Positions 47,653 to 56,836 of a stretch of 64,000 nt of DNA are shown in pieces. The stretch's first letter is position 1. Each line of letters starts with the position of its first letter. The position numbers and the translations under genes were made by a program. Under the pieces are notes generated by a model, which was not told the DNA's origin, did no database searches, and worked only from the letters and a program-made list of their open reading frames with translations. Source of the DNA: an uncultured virus (IMG/VR IMGVR_UViG_3300047320_000362) (Duplodnaviria > Heunggongvirae > Uroviricota > Caudoviricetes); IMG/VR virus record IMGVR_UViG_3300047320_000362; one strand, given 5' to 3'.

Positions 47653-48315
47653 TTACAGACGTCCGATGACGTTGCGGACGATCCCGACGAGGCGCAGGCT
47701 GTCGGCCTCCGTGTCCAGATCGATGGGCGGCGTCTGCCGGGCCTCGTTCCGACTTCTGAAGTGAAGCTCCCCTCGTCCCTTGCGCATGTCGACCTGGCGC
47801 AGGGATCGTTCCCACCCCGGGTGGCCGGCGGCAGCCCGGTCGATGACCACGAGCGTGCCGTGTTCGATATCCGGAACCCAGTCTGCGTGCTTTTCGGGAA
47901 TCGAGCAGACAATGTAGTCCCCATCGCTGACGGGACGGGGGCGGAGCGCCTCCATGCCGTCGCCGACGATCGCAAAGAGCCGAAACCCCGGAAAATTCGA
48001 TGGCGAGAAATCGGGATCGGCGACAACGGCCCGCCGCATGGCATCGTCGTCCCTGTAGACGCCCGCCTCCACGATGCAGACGGCTTCGTCCTCGCGGCCA
48101 CCACCGGGCTGAAGGACGGCATCGGCTCTGAAATAGCGCCGCGCAAGCTCCATCTCGCTTGCCTTGACCTGCCTGATGCCATTTGTGATTTTGCTGATCA
48201 CACCTTCTGTAACCCCCATCGCCGCGGCAAGCTCGCGCCGCGAGAAGCCAGGGCGGGCGCATTGCTCCTCGATCCATTTTGCGAATTTTGCGTCGAGGGT
48301 CTCAACCGTATCCAT
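47653..48315 (-). CDS. phage repressor-like HTH plus degenerate S24-like domain
   Basis: SRRELAAAMGVTEGVISKITNGIR HTH; IVGDGME...DGD..V C-terminal domain; catalytic Ser not evident. Confidence 0.65.
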   Translation of the reverse strand: MDTVETLDAKFAKWIEEQCARPGFSRRELAAAMGVTEGVISKITNGIRQVKASEMELARRYFRADAVLQPGGGREDEAVCIVEAGVYRDDDAMRRAVVADPDFSPSNFPGFRLFAIVGDGMEALRPRPVSDGDYIVCSIPEKHADWVPDIEHGTLVVIDRAAAGHPGWERSLRQVDMRKGRGELHFRSRNEARQTPPIDLDTEADSLRLVGIVRNVIGRL

Positions 48316-48422
48316 GTCAACTCCTTGTGCACACGGATGAATACCGAAATCGCTCATTGCTGGCAAACGCAATGTCTCCAAAATCGAATATATGCGTTAT
48401 GTTCGAGGAGCGATTTCGGTAT

Positions 48423-48608
48423 TCATGCCGCCACGTCGATCGCGGTGGGATGCCACGGCGCATATCTCGCGTGCATTGGATCGGCCGCGACGACTTCATC
48501 GAGGCGGGCGCGTGCGACCTCGTTGATGCCCGCCCAGTTTTGGGCGAGAAACGTGAACCTGAATGTCAGGCCGCTGTCGTTGACCGCAGTCGCCGCGAAA
48601 CGCCTCAT
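48423..48608 (-). CDS. small hypothetical protein
   Basis: Follows the stop of the upstream gene. Confidence 0.45.
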   Translation of the reverse strand: MRRFAATAVNDSGLTFRFTFLAQNWAGINEVARARLDEVVAADPMHARYAPWHPTAIDVAA

Positions 48609-48609
48609 C

Positions 48610-48933
48610 TCAGTCGATCCAGAGGATGTCATAGACGGCCGCGAACTGCGCACCGACGGCGTCGAACCCGAACTTCTCGTGAAGCTCCGCTCCGGTGTAG
48701 CGGGCTGCGTGGATTGTGCTGTCCCCGTCGCCGAAGCCATGGAGCATGCAGCGGAACTCCTCGGTGCGGTCGCGCAGGGCAGGGTGCTCCTCCACGTTCG
48801 CGCCTTCATAGCGCTTGCCTAGGACGACCGCCCTGAAGTCGTCGGCAGATCGACCCGCGGCCTTGTTGTGCGCCTCAATGAGTTTCTTCAGGAACGGGTG
48901 CGCATACTGTGCTGGTTCAACGAGAAACATCAT
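48610..48933 (-). CDS. hypothetical protein
   Basis: ATG 48933 (MMFLVEP). Confidence 0.6.
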   Translation of the reverse strand: MMFLVEPAQYAHPFLKKLIEAHNKAAGRSADDFRAVVLGKRYEGANVEEHPALRDRTEEFRCMLHGFGDGDSTIHAARYTGAELHEKFGFDAVGAQFAAVYDILWID

Positions 48934-48940
48934 CCGACGC

Positions 48941-49474
48941 TCATAGCTCCGTGATCGCGTAGTCGTCTTTGACGGCCGATTTACGCAGGATCTTGTCGAT
49001 CTGCGCCTTCTGCGGCTCGCCAGCGAAGTAGGAGGTTGTCTGGTAGTCGTCGCCATCGTCGGAATGGATCCAAGCGTCGAGGCGGTGGGTGTAGCCCTTG
49101 GCCTTGTACTTCTTGTCGTCCTTCTTCTGCTGGGCCGCGGCGCGCTCGTTCTCCGCGGCGATATCGCGGGCGAACTCCGCCTTCGCCACCTGCCACTTCG
49201 CGATGCTGTCATGCAGGATCGACGTGCCGTTCTCGGCCAGCCACTTCTCGACCATGATCTTGGCGGCGGCTTCCAGCTCCTGCTTCGGCTTGCTGCTCGC
49301 CTCGATGCCCTTGTCGATGATGAACTCGCTCTCGGCGTTGACTGCGTTCTGCTTCAGCGAGACCTGCACCTGAAGCCCGTAGCCCTTGTTCATCCATGAG
49401 CACGGCGAGACGGAGAAGAACACCTGTTCGCCGTTATGGTTGATGGTGTTGTCGGTTTCCTGAAGCATGCGCAT
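48941..49474 (-). CDS. hypothetical protein
   Basis: AAGGGG SD; Lys-rich. Confidence 0.7.
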   Translation of the reverse strand: MRMLQETDNTINHNGEQVFFSVSPCSWMNKGYGLQVQVSLKQNAVNAESEFIIDKGIEASSKPKQELEAAAKIMVEKWLAENGTSILHDSIAKWQVAKAEFARDIAAENERAAAQQKKDDKKYKAKGYTHRLDAWIHSDDGDDYQTTSYFAGEPQKAQIDKILRKSAVKDDYAITEL

Positions 49475-49504
49475 CCCCTTCGTGACGTGGACATCTTGTC
49501 TGAC

Positions 49505-49569
49505 TGTTGACTTAGACCACCTCGAACGCATTGTCAACAATTGTAGCGCGGTTGACAGTCCGAATCCTT
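49505..49569. promoter_or_regulatory. divergent promoter region with TGTTGAC, TTGTCAACAA, GTTGACA and GAATCCTT
   Basis: Motifs at 49505, 49531, 49551, 49562. Confidence 0.6.
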
Positions 49570-49608
49570 AGCGAGAGCATTCTTCGTGAATTCGAGGAGA
49601 TCCCCGAA

Positions 49609-49953
49609 GTGTTTCAGGCCATCATGCTCAGCGTCGCAATCATACTCCTCGGCACGCTCGGCCTTCCGGGGGCGATGCTCTACTACGACATGCATCATCC
49701 TTCTCCGCCTCAGTTCGGACCCTCCATGCAGGAGAAGCTGTCGGCGGACTGGGGTGGCCGCTGCGTCACGAACGGCAACGGCGAGGTCGGACGCACGCTG
49801 GCATCGGGTCGCGACAGGACTGGCACCTACGTCGACTTCCGTCCGACCGACAAGGCCGACGACCGCTTCAGGAAATACGAGCAATACGTCCACCTGAAGA
49901 TTGCGGACTGTCCGGAGCGGCACGTTCTGCAGACAACAAGCACGGCAGACTAA
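49609..49953 (+). CDS. TM-anchored Cys-pair protein, distant relative of the 24984-26205 family
   Basis: TM plus RCVTNGNGEVGR...VDF...Y..L.IADC. Confidence 0.55.
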   Translation: MFQAIMLSVAIILLGTLGLPGAMLYYDMHHPSPPQFGPSMQEKLSADWGGRCVTNGNGEVGRTLASGRDRTGTYVDFRPTDKADDRFRKYEQYVHLKIADCPERHVLQTTSTAD

Positions 49954-50045
49954 GCAATTCCACGGACGGTTCGAGCTGGGCCACGGCGAAGTCATTCAAC
50001 TGGGCGGCCTCAGATAACTGTTAGCCGACCTATCCGTGAGACGAC

Positions 50046-50077
50046 AACACCCGGCTCGAAGGCCGGGTGTTTCATTT
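50046..50077 (+). terminator. intrinsic terminator
   Basis: AACACCCGGC-TCGAAG-GCCGGGTGTT-TCATTT. Confidence 0.7.
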
Positions 50078-50220
50078 CTGCGGCAGCTTTCGAAATCTCA
50101 TGGGACTTCTTTTAGAAGGACTCCAAAACCTGCCATCGTGTCAACATTCTTTCCATGAAGGATTGAATCTTCCATGGCGAGTGATATACCGAGGACACGA
50201 ATAGAAAAGGAGTCCCTGCA

Positions 50221-51234
50221 ATGGGCATCAAGGCCACTCTCATCCCCGGCGACGGCATCGGCCCCGAAATCGTAACCGCAACCCTCCACGTCCTGGATGC
50301 CATGGGTAATCCGTTCGACTTCGATGTGAAGCACGCCGGAGAGCTCACCTACAAGACCGAAGGCTTCGCATTCCCCGAAGCCACGAAGGACAGCATCCGC
50401 GAGCGCGGCCTCGCGCTGAAGGGGCCTCTCGGAACACCTTCCGGCGGCGGCTACCGCTCGGCGACCGTGCAGATGCGCGAGGAGTTCCAGCTCTTCGCAA
50501 ACGTCCGCCCGTCCCAGTCCTTCGTTCCCGGCGACAGGTTCCACAAGGACGTCGACCTCGTGCTTGTGCGCGAGAACCTGCAGGGCCTCTACGCCTCGGC
50601 CGAGGGCTACATCCCGATCGGCGACGATCCGCACGGCGTGGCCTTCGCGACGGCCTACAACACCAAGGAGGAGATGCTCCGGATCCTGCGCTACGGCTTC
50701 GACCTCGCTCACAAGCGCGACGGCAAGCGCAAGGTCACCGTCGTGCACAAGTCGAACATCCTCAAGAAGCTGAGCGGCATCCTCGTCGAGGCCTCGAACG
50801 AGATCCGCGGCGAGTACGCGGACCTGACCGTGGAGCACGAGATCGCCGACGCATTCGGCGCGAACCTCGTCGTCAAGCCGCAGTACTACGACGTGATCGT
50901 CACCACGAACCTCTTCGGCGACCTGTTCTCCGATATCTCGGCGGTTCTGGTCGGACGTCTTGGCACCGCTGCGGGAGCGAACTACGGCAAGGACGCGGCC
51001 ATCTTCGAAGCCGTCCATGGCACGGCCGAGGACATCGCAGGGAAGGGGATCGCGAACCCAACTTCTCTCCTGCTTTCCACGGTCATGATGCTCAATCACG
51101 CAGGAATCCCCGACGAGGCCGTTCGCCTCGAGAAGGCGGTCAAGGACACGATTCGCGCAGGCGAGATGACGGGCGACATCGGCGGATCGCTCGACACCAA
51201 GGGCTTCGTGAAAGCGGTGATCGGACGTCTGTGA
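50221..51234 (+). CDS. isocitrate/isopropylmalate dehydrogenase family, NAD-IDH-like
   Basis: IPGDGIGPEI, ALKGP, ANVRP, RENLQGLY, VHKSNILK, NLFGD..SD, FEAVHGTA.DIAGKGIANP. Confidence 0.92.
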   Translation: MGIKATLIPGDGIGPEIVTATLHVLDAMGNPFDFDVKHAGELTYKTEGFAFPEATKDSIRERGLALKGPLGTPSGGGYRSATVQMREEFQLFANVRPSQSFVPGDRFHKDVDLVLVRENLQGLYASAEGYIPIGDDPHGVAFATAYNTKEEMLRILRYGFDLAHKRDGKRKVTVVHKSNILKKLSGILVEASNEIRGEYADLTVEHEIADAFGANLVVKPQYYDVIVTTNLFGDLFSDISAVLVGRLGTAAGANYGKDAAIFEAVHGTAEDIAGKGIANPTSLLLSTVMMLNHAGIPDEAVRLEKAVKDTIRAGEMTGDIGGSLDTKGFVKAVIGRL

Positions 51235-51581
51235 TGCAGCATCTTCTCACGAAAGTCATGGCTTGCGGCGTTCTTGCCGCAATCCTTCTCTCCGCCCAGC
51301 CGGCCGCCGCGGTCAGCTACTCCGACATCATGATCCTGAAAAACGAAAACCAGCGCCTCCAGAGCAAGATCGAGCGGCTGCGTGACGAGGTCAACGGCCT
51401 GAAGCGGCGCGCCATGCGCCTGACATCGGAGTGCGACGGGCAGAAATGCGTCCTCAAGGAAGCCGTGACGTATGACAGCTACGGGGAATGCAGGGAGTCT
51501 ATCGTCCCCGAGAAGGTGGCGCTCTCAATCTGCATGCCGATGGGCGGAGAAACGTCCGGCGGCGTTCCAAGTTCGCCGTAA
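51231..51581 (+). CDS. secreted coiled-coil / Cys-containing protein
   Basis: Signal peptide; GTGA overlap with the dehydrogenase gene. Confidence 0.6.
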   Translation: MMQHLLTKVMACGVLAAILLSAQPAAAVSYSDIMILKNENQRLQSKIERLRDEVNGLKRRAMRLTSECDGQKCVLKEAVTYDSYGECRESIVPEKVALSICMPMGGETSGGVPSSP

Positions 51582-51598
51582 AAGGAAAGGAACTTTCA

Positions 51599-51787
51599 GT
51601 GAGCGAGAATAGCACATTCGGAAGCCTGACCGAGACCATGGATCGCCGGAACAAGGTGCACCTGCGCATCATCAAGGCGCTGGAGCGCTGGCCCCGCGAC
51701 CAGGCGATGTCCTGCATCATGATGTGGATGAGCATCGACGAGCTGGAAGAGGCGGCGAAGACGATCTGCAAGGATCTCGATGACTGA
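51599..51787 (+). CDS. small hypothetical protein
   Basis: AAGGA SD, GTG start. Confidence 0.5.
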   Translation: MSENSTFGSLTETMDRRNKVHLRIIKALERWPRDQAMSCIMMWMSIDELEEAAKTICKDLDD

Positions 51788-51803
51788 ACGGTGTTTTCGG
51801 AAC

Positions 51804-51855
51804 GCCATGCCTTACGGTGTGATCATCGCAAGCGCATCGCACCGTAAGGCATGGC
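51804..51855. repeat. 20-bp near-perfect inverted repeat
   Basis: GCCATGCCTTACGGTGTGAT / ATCGCACCGTAAGGCATGGC (19/20), 12-nt loop. Confidence 0.8.
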
Positions 51856-51954
51856 CCGTCCGACGCGGCAGGCTTCCTGGTGTCTGGTTAACCACTGCAC
51901 GCATCTTTAAGGATTCGTGCTTGATTATTCTTCTCGGCGGCGCATAGTGCCGTC

Positions 51955-52131
51955 TCAAAGGGTGCCTTCCGCATCCTCCCTCGTCTCGGCGATCGGGTTA
52001 AGCCTCCTCCTAGGCCGGAAATTCCAAGTGATGAAAGCATTCCGCTCGTCGTGGCGCTGCGGATACATTTGGCCGAAGAGGCTGCAAATCATAGGGAACG
52101 TCCACGAGCGTTCTCGAGCCCAGGAGGCACT
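51955..52131 (+). ncRNA. candidate structured leader RNA with kissing loops
   Basis: Nested helices 51962-70/52123-30, 52001-06/52078-83, 52013-19/52068-74, 52041-45/52059-63, 52094-100/52109-15; loop-loop TCGTGG/CCACGA. Confidence 0.55.
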
Positions 52132-54054
52132 ATGAAGTACGCTCTCGCCAACGACGCACGCGCCCGTTCCGTCGCCAAGGATCTCGCACGCCTCGCCAAG
52201 GAATACAGCCTGAAGCTCCCGCTAACGTCCGCCCAAAATGTCACCGCGCGCCTCTTCGGCTATTCCGGCTGGCAGGTTCTTCTTGCAAACGTGGGACAGG
52301 GACGCGGCCCCGAGGATCATGAGCTTTCCAAGGAATCGGCCACGGAACGCCGGGCCGACCAGATCGAGACTCTCGTCAACGCAGGCTTCGGGACTGAAGC
52401 CGGCGCGGTTCTCGACGCCCTGCGTCCCACCGGCCGCGAGCAGGCCTCAATGGAAGCAAATCCGCGTATCTGGCCCGTGCAGATCGGCGTGAACCACCAC
52501 CCGAACCGTATGCGTGTCGCGCTAGACGAGCTTGACGGCACCTACATAATGCATGGGAAATTTGACGCTCTTCCGGAGTACATGAGCGAATGGGAATCGA
52601 AACGCTTCGTGCATCCACTCGACCGTGAGTCCAATTCCGCCCATGCCATCAATAGCCTTCTCATGACGTTCGAGATCTTCCGTGAGGAGGCTGGCCATGT
52701 CGTTGATGTCTCTGCGATCGTCAGCGACAAACCCGATACGAGCGTGCTCGATGAAAAATGGAGTGCCTTGCCCGACGATCTCGCCGATCTGGGGCGGTAC
52801 TACTTCCACTTCGGCAACCATCGGTTCCCGTCTCCATTCAAGGACATCGGCATCGATGGATGCTACGTTTCGGCTCTCGATGAGGTGCTTGACGAAAACG
52901 GCATTCCTGGAGGGTTCAGCTTCACTTTCACGACCAGCCCTGAGATCGCACCTGGCTTCGATGACGTTCTGTTCGACAACGAGCCCGAACTCGACTTGCG
53001 ATCAGTGCTCCGAGTTGTGGAGATCATCTGCTCCGACATGGATGGAGAGCATGTCGGAAGCGCAATCAACGCCGCGAACGAGTCCGAGCATTCGGACGAG
53101 TACGTCGATGCCTGGAGGCCGTATCTGGAAAGGCCTCTCTGCGCGGCGTGGACGGCATTGAAGGCTTACCGCGCACGCCAGAGCCCGATCTACGACGCAC
53201 TCGACGCCGACAGCTTCAAGGAGGATTTCTCGAGGCTCGAACGCGCGACGACGGATCAGGCTGTCGTAGACCGTATGCGGCAGATTGCCGAGAACAGTGG
53301 GATGGACCAGGATTTCCCGGTCCGCTTTATGGGCAAGACCCCGCCATCGGCGGACATCTATCTCGAGGAGATGGCCGCAAGCCCATTCCCGGTCGCTGGA
53401 TCCGGCCCTGAGCGCTATGACATGAATCATGTCCTGTCCAAGCTCGCCGACGCGCTGCAGATGGAGCGGATCTGGAGCCTGTACGAGTGCGCCAAGGAAG
53501 CACTCAGGATGTGCGGCGACCTCGATGCATCCGACCCGACAACGGAGCACGTCACCGTCAAGGCCCGCGCGATGGTCATGAATGGGGCGCACATGGTCGG
53601 GGATGGAAAGCGGGCGCTCGAAGCTGCGAGCGCCGTCCTTCGCTCGCAGCTTCCTAAAGTCGTGGACTATCTTCCCGGCGCGGTCATCGTCTTGGCGGCG
53701 GCCGGACTTGAGGAGGATGCGCGGAACACATCAGCTCGGCTGTCGGAAGCTGCTCCCGGGACGGCCATGGCGGCGCTCTCGGAGCTTCTGGTCGCCGCCA
53801 TCTTTTCGGAGAGGCATGTCCGCGACACGCTGCTGAGGAAGTTCGTCGACCACCATGAAGACGCAGCCAAGTGCATTCTGCGTCTCAAGGTGGAGCCGTG
53901 GAACTGGTTCAGCCGTGACGGCAGTTACGGAGACGATGAGATCGATTACGCGGCCTGCATGTTCAACGAACCTCTGAGACGGGCCGGGGTCAGGGAGATC
54001 CTGCAGGCCCTTATTGATGCTCAGACCCCCTCCGGGTCGGCTACTCTTCACTAA
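52132..54054 (+). CDS. 640-aa protein with N-terminal Glyoxalase_8-like helical domain
   Basis: ARSVAKDLARL...LPLTSAQNVTARLFGYSGWQVL N-terminal pattern; helical C-terminus; GGAGG SD. Confidence 0.7.
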   Translation: MKYALANDARARSVAKDLARLAKEYSLKLPLTSAQNVTARLFGYSGWQVLLANVGQGRGPEDHELSKESATERRADQIETLVNAGFGTEAGAVLDALRPTGREQASMEANPRIWPVQIGVNHHPNRMRVALDELDGTYIMHGKFDALPEYMSEWESKRFVHPLDRESNSAHAINSLLMTFEIFREEAGHVVDVSAIVSDKPDTSVLDEKWSALPDDLADLGRYYFHFGNHRFPSPFKDIGIDGCYVSALDEVLDENGIPGGFSFTFTTSPEIAPGFDDVLFDNEPELDLRSVLRVVEIICSDMDGEHVGSAINAANESEHSDEYVDAWRPYLERPLCAAWTALKAYRARQSPIYDALDADSFKEDFSRLERATTDQAVVDRMRQIAENSGMDQDFPVRFMGKTPPSADIYLEEMAASPFPVAGSGPERYDMNHVLSKLADALQMERIWSLYECAKEALRMCGDLDASDPTTEHVTVKARAMVMNGAHMVGDGKRALEAASAVLRSQLPKVVDYLPGAVIVLAAAGLEEDARNTSARLSEAAPGTAMAALSELLVAAIFSERHVRDTLLRKFVDHHEDAAKCILRLKVEPWNWFSRDGSYGDDEIDYAACMFNEPLRRAGVREILQALIDAQTPSGSATLH

Positions 54055-55109
54055 ACGGTCGAGATGCCAACCCACCCCGGCAGGGCGCTGTTCTGCCGGG
54101 CATGCGCGTGAAAGAGGAACTCCCACGCCGATCTCAGCGCGTAGGATGTGTGGCCGGACTGCTCCGCAAGCCATCGGCCCACTCCATCCAGTCCAAGAGC
54201 GGCCGCATCGAGCACAACATGACCCTCCGTGAACGGCCGCTCGGCATCATCAATGCTGTTTCCTACGTCGGCCCAGCGCCCGCGAATCCTCGACACCCCA
54301 ATGAATTCCGGCTTGCCGCCGCGCTCCATATGACGGACGAAGGCGATGATGCGGGTCTCCACGGCAACGGTCTCGTCCAGGCCGGTCTCTTCAACGAGTT
54401 CGCGGGTGATCGCGTCGGCGACCGCCTGCGTCAGCGACGATGCGCCTGCGATGTCCGCCATGTCTATCGACCCCGCCGCGCTCGACGTGATCTTCCCTGC
54501 AGCGACCGCGGCGGCTGATCCGGTGACACAAAGGCGCAGCCGGCCGTCATCGTCGAATGCGAGAGACGTGGCTCCGATGTGGTTCGACATGCGACTACGG
54601 GAGAGCTTCGGAACCATCGATAGCGGGAAGGCGCGCGACGTTCCGTCGACAGAAAGGCCGTCGCATGCCTGATATTCCCGGAGACAGAACTCGTTGGTGA
54701 CAAGCCCCTTGAAGTAGCTCGTCGGCTCCAGCGCGACCGCTTGCCCGGCTGCGGGATCCGAGGCCATGCGGATCTTCATGGAATCGAAGATGTTCCGGCC
54801 CTCCGCCCGCATCTGGCTGATCCGCCTGTCCAGCATCCATGGGTCATCAGGCTCAAACGGGCGCACCGACATCACGAACGGCAGGGGAACGCCGTCGGAG
54901 AGGGAGGCATTCAGTCCTTCGTGGTAGATGGTGTCGGGCTCATCGATTTCCTCGCTGAGGAAAGCCATTTTCCAGCCCGCGGCGGCGAGCCTCGGTTCAA
55001 GTGTGAGACTCGACAGACGGGATCTGTCCGCTCCTGAAAGACTGCCGCCCATGCCCAGCTCCTCCGGTGTTGCTCCAAAAAGGCTGGCGGGAGCGGAGGC
55101 AAGTGACAA
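54051..55109 (-). CDS. NUDIX-fold hydrolase-like protein (start uncertain)
   Basis: NHIGATSL..DDDG, GSID, RELVEETGL, GGKPEF. Confidence 0.7.
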   Translation of the reverse strand: MSLASAPASLFGATPEELGMGGSLSGADRSRLSSLTLEPRLAAAGWKMAFLSEEIDEPDTIYHEGLNASLSDGVPLPFVMSVRPFEPDDPWMLDRRISQMRAEGRNIFDSMKIRMASDPAAGQAVALEPTSYFKGLVTNEFCLREYQACDGLSVDGTSRAFPLSMVPKLSRSRMSNHIGATSLAFDDDGRLRLCVTGSAAAVAAGKITSSAAGSIDMADIAGASSLTQAVADAITRELVEETGLDETVAVETRIIAFVRHMERGGKPEFIGVSRIRGRWADVGNSIDDAERPFTEGHVVLDAAALGLDGVGRWLAEQSGHTSYALRSAWEFLFHAHARQNSALPGWVGISTV

Positions 55110-55145
55110 ACAGCGTCCGGACGGAGAGCAGGGGGTGCGAGGCGG

Positions 55146-55355
55146 TTACTTGCGCCGCGCGAGCCGTCGGCCGTCGATGAAGTCGATGAGTGAAATCAAG
55201 ATCGAGCCTACTATCACGAAAAGTAGCGGAGACAGAACCAGTATCCCAATAACGGCTATGAACGGATGGGCTGAAGCGAACCCGGTGAAGTAGGCCGTCA
55301 GGGCCAGAACGACGGCGGCGATCACCGTGCCGATGGCGGGTTCTATTAGCGTCAT
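55146..55355 (-). CDS. small membrane protein
   Basis: Two TM helices; GGAGG SD. Confidence 0.6.
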   Translation of the reverse strand: MTLIEPAIGTVIAAVVLALTAYFTGFASAHPFIAVIGILVLSPLLFVIVGSILISLIDFIDGRRLARRK

Positions 55356-55496
55356 GAAGATCCTCCAGATTGGGATTCAATCATCCCGCCTGATCCCGAT
55401 CGGCGCAAGGACTCATGTCAGTGCGGGCCGTCGGGGTCTTTGTCTCATGCCTGTCCGGTATCTAGGATCCATGCAGATCGATGAAAGGTAACGCAC

Positions 55497-56192
55497 ATGG
55501 AACTGCAGAAGCCGACGGACAGGATCGTCAAGGCAACGCTCGTCTCGCTCGTCAGGAAGGTCGCCTGGGGGCCGAGCCGCGACATGCTCTTGAAGGAATC
55601 GGCGCGCTTCCGTGCGGCGGCGGGCGAAGCCACGCAGCAGGTGAATGGCATCGTGCTGAACGAACTCTTCACGCACAACGCCCGCGGAGGGGTCGAGGAC
55701 GACGCGCTCCGCGATGCACGGAAACGCGAAGGCATCCTGCGCACGCAATCCGATGAACTTCACTGGAAGTCGGAACTCTACGCCCTGGCGGCAGCCGCAC
55801 GCTTCCCACGCGACGATGATCGGACGCTGAAGAACTTCGTCGTGAACATCATTGAGGACATCCGCCAGTTCCAGGATAAGGGCTATATCACCGCAGGACG
55901 CGCGATGCAGGACATTGCCGGAGCCGTTACCAGCGCTCTTGAAGCGGAAGGTCTCGAACTCAAGGATCTACCGCTTCCTCCAAGCATCGAAGAGATGATC
56001 GACAGGGGAATGCCACGTCCGGACTACATCTCGGAAAAGCACTGGAAGGCTGCGGAGGAAGCCTACTTCCACCAGATGACGCTGGACAACACGCCTTCCG
56101 ACTTCATCAACGGCGGCGATGACTACGACGACTATTCCGGTGACGATGGTTTTGCCGAGAGCCCTGAAGAAGAAATGGCACTGGCGCGCTGA
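55497..56192 (+). CDS. hypothetical protein with acidic tail
   Basis: AAGG SD; 231 aa. Confidence 0.7.
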   Translation: MELQKPTDRIVKATLVSLVRKVAWGPSRDMLLKESARFRAAAGEATQQVNGIVLNELFTHNARGGVEDDALRDARKREGILRTQSDELHWKSELYALAAAARFPRDDDRTLKNFVVNIIEDIRQFQDKGYITAGRAMQDIAGAVTSALEAEGLELKDLPLPPSIEEMIDRGMPRPDYISEKHWKAAEEAYFHQMTLDNTPSDFINGGDDYDDYSGDDGFAESPEEEMALAR

Positions 56193-56219
56193 CAAAGTCT
56201 GCTTGAAGGATGTATCCAA

Positions 56220-56762
56220 TCAGGGCGCTGGCTTGATGCTGCGTTCGTAGTCGGCATCCAGCTCCTTGGCCTGGGCACGCCATTCATCGACGGTGATAGT
56301 CTTCGCCCGGCGCAGGTCGCCAAGCGCGATGTGAGCTGCGCGATGAGCCTCGTATCGGTCCTGACGGTCGATGAAGGCCGTCACGCCGTCGATGAAATCG
56401 TATTTCGTCTCGATCCCGCGGCGCTCCGCGATCGCCACTTCGACTTCGCTTCTGAGCTCGACGTATCCGATCTCGTCGCGGTTCGCGAATGCGATCATCG
56501 GACGTCCGTTGACCGCAACGAAGCAGATCTCGCCGTCATCGACCAGCGCGTGATGGATGGTGTGAAGGAGGCCTGCGAAATCCTCGGCGCTTTCGAAGGC
56601 GCGCGCATAGCTTCGCTCGATGAAGCCGTATGGATTCGCCTCCGTCTCCATCAGCCATCGGGTAATCAGGCGCATGTCTGGAGTGTCATCATTGCGGAAC
56701 CGCTCGATCCGCTCGAGAGCGCCATCGAATCTTTCGCGCCAGTCATCGAAGCTTACTGCCAT
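56220..56762 (-). CDS. hypothetical protein
   Basis: AAGGA SD. Confidence 0.65.
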   Translation of the reverse strand: MAVSFDDWRERFDGALERIERFRNDDTPDMRLITRWLMETEANPYGFIERSYARAFESAEDFAGLLHTIHHALVDDGEICFVAVNGRPMIAFANRDEIGYVELRSEVEVAIAERRGIETKYDFIDGVTAFIDRQDRYEAHRAAHIALGDLRRAKTITVDEWRAQAKELDADYERSIKPAP

Positions 56763-56836
56763 GAATTCCGTCCTTTAAAACGTAGCCTAATTTGCACTGA
56801 AGGGAGCGCCCAACGACATCGAACGTCGCCCCTGCC

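Noticed and set aside
10874..49474. Prophage
   Set aside because: Many phage-like small ORFs, but no terminase, capsid, tail, integrase or lysis genes were recognised in the window
51955..52131. Hammerhead ribozyme or known riboswitch (GTGATGAAAG segment)
   Set aside because: No CUGANGA/GAAA core in the proper stem context and no aptamer consensus I recognise; kept only as an unknown structured RNA
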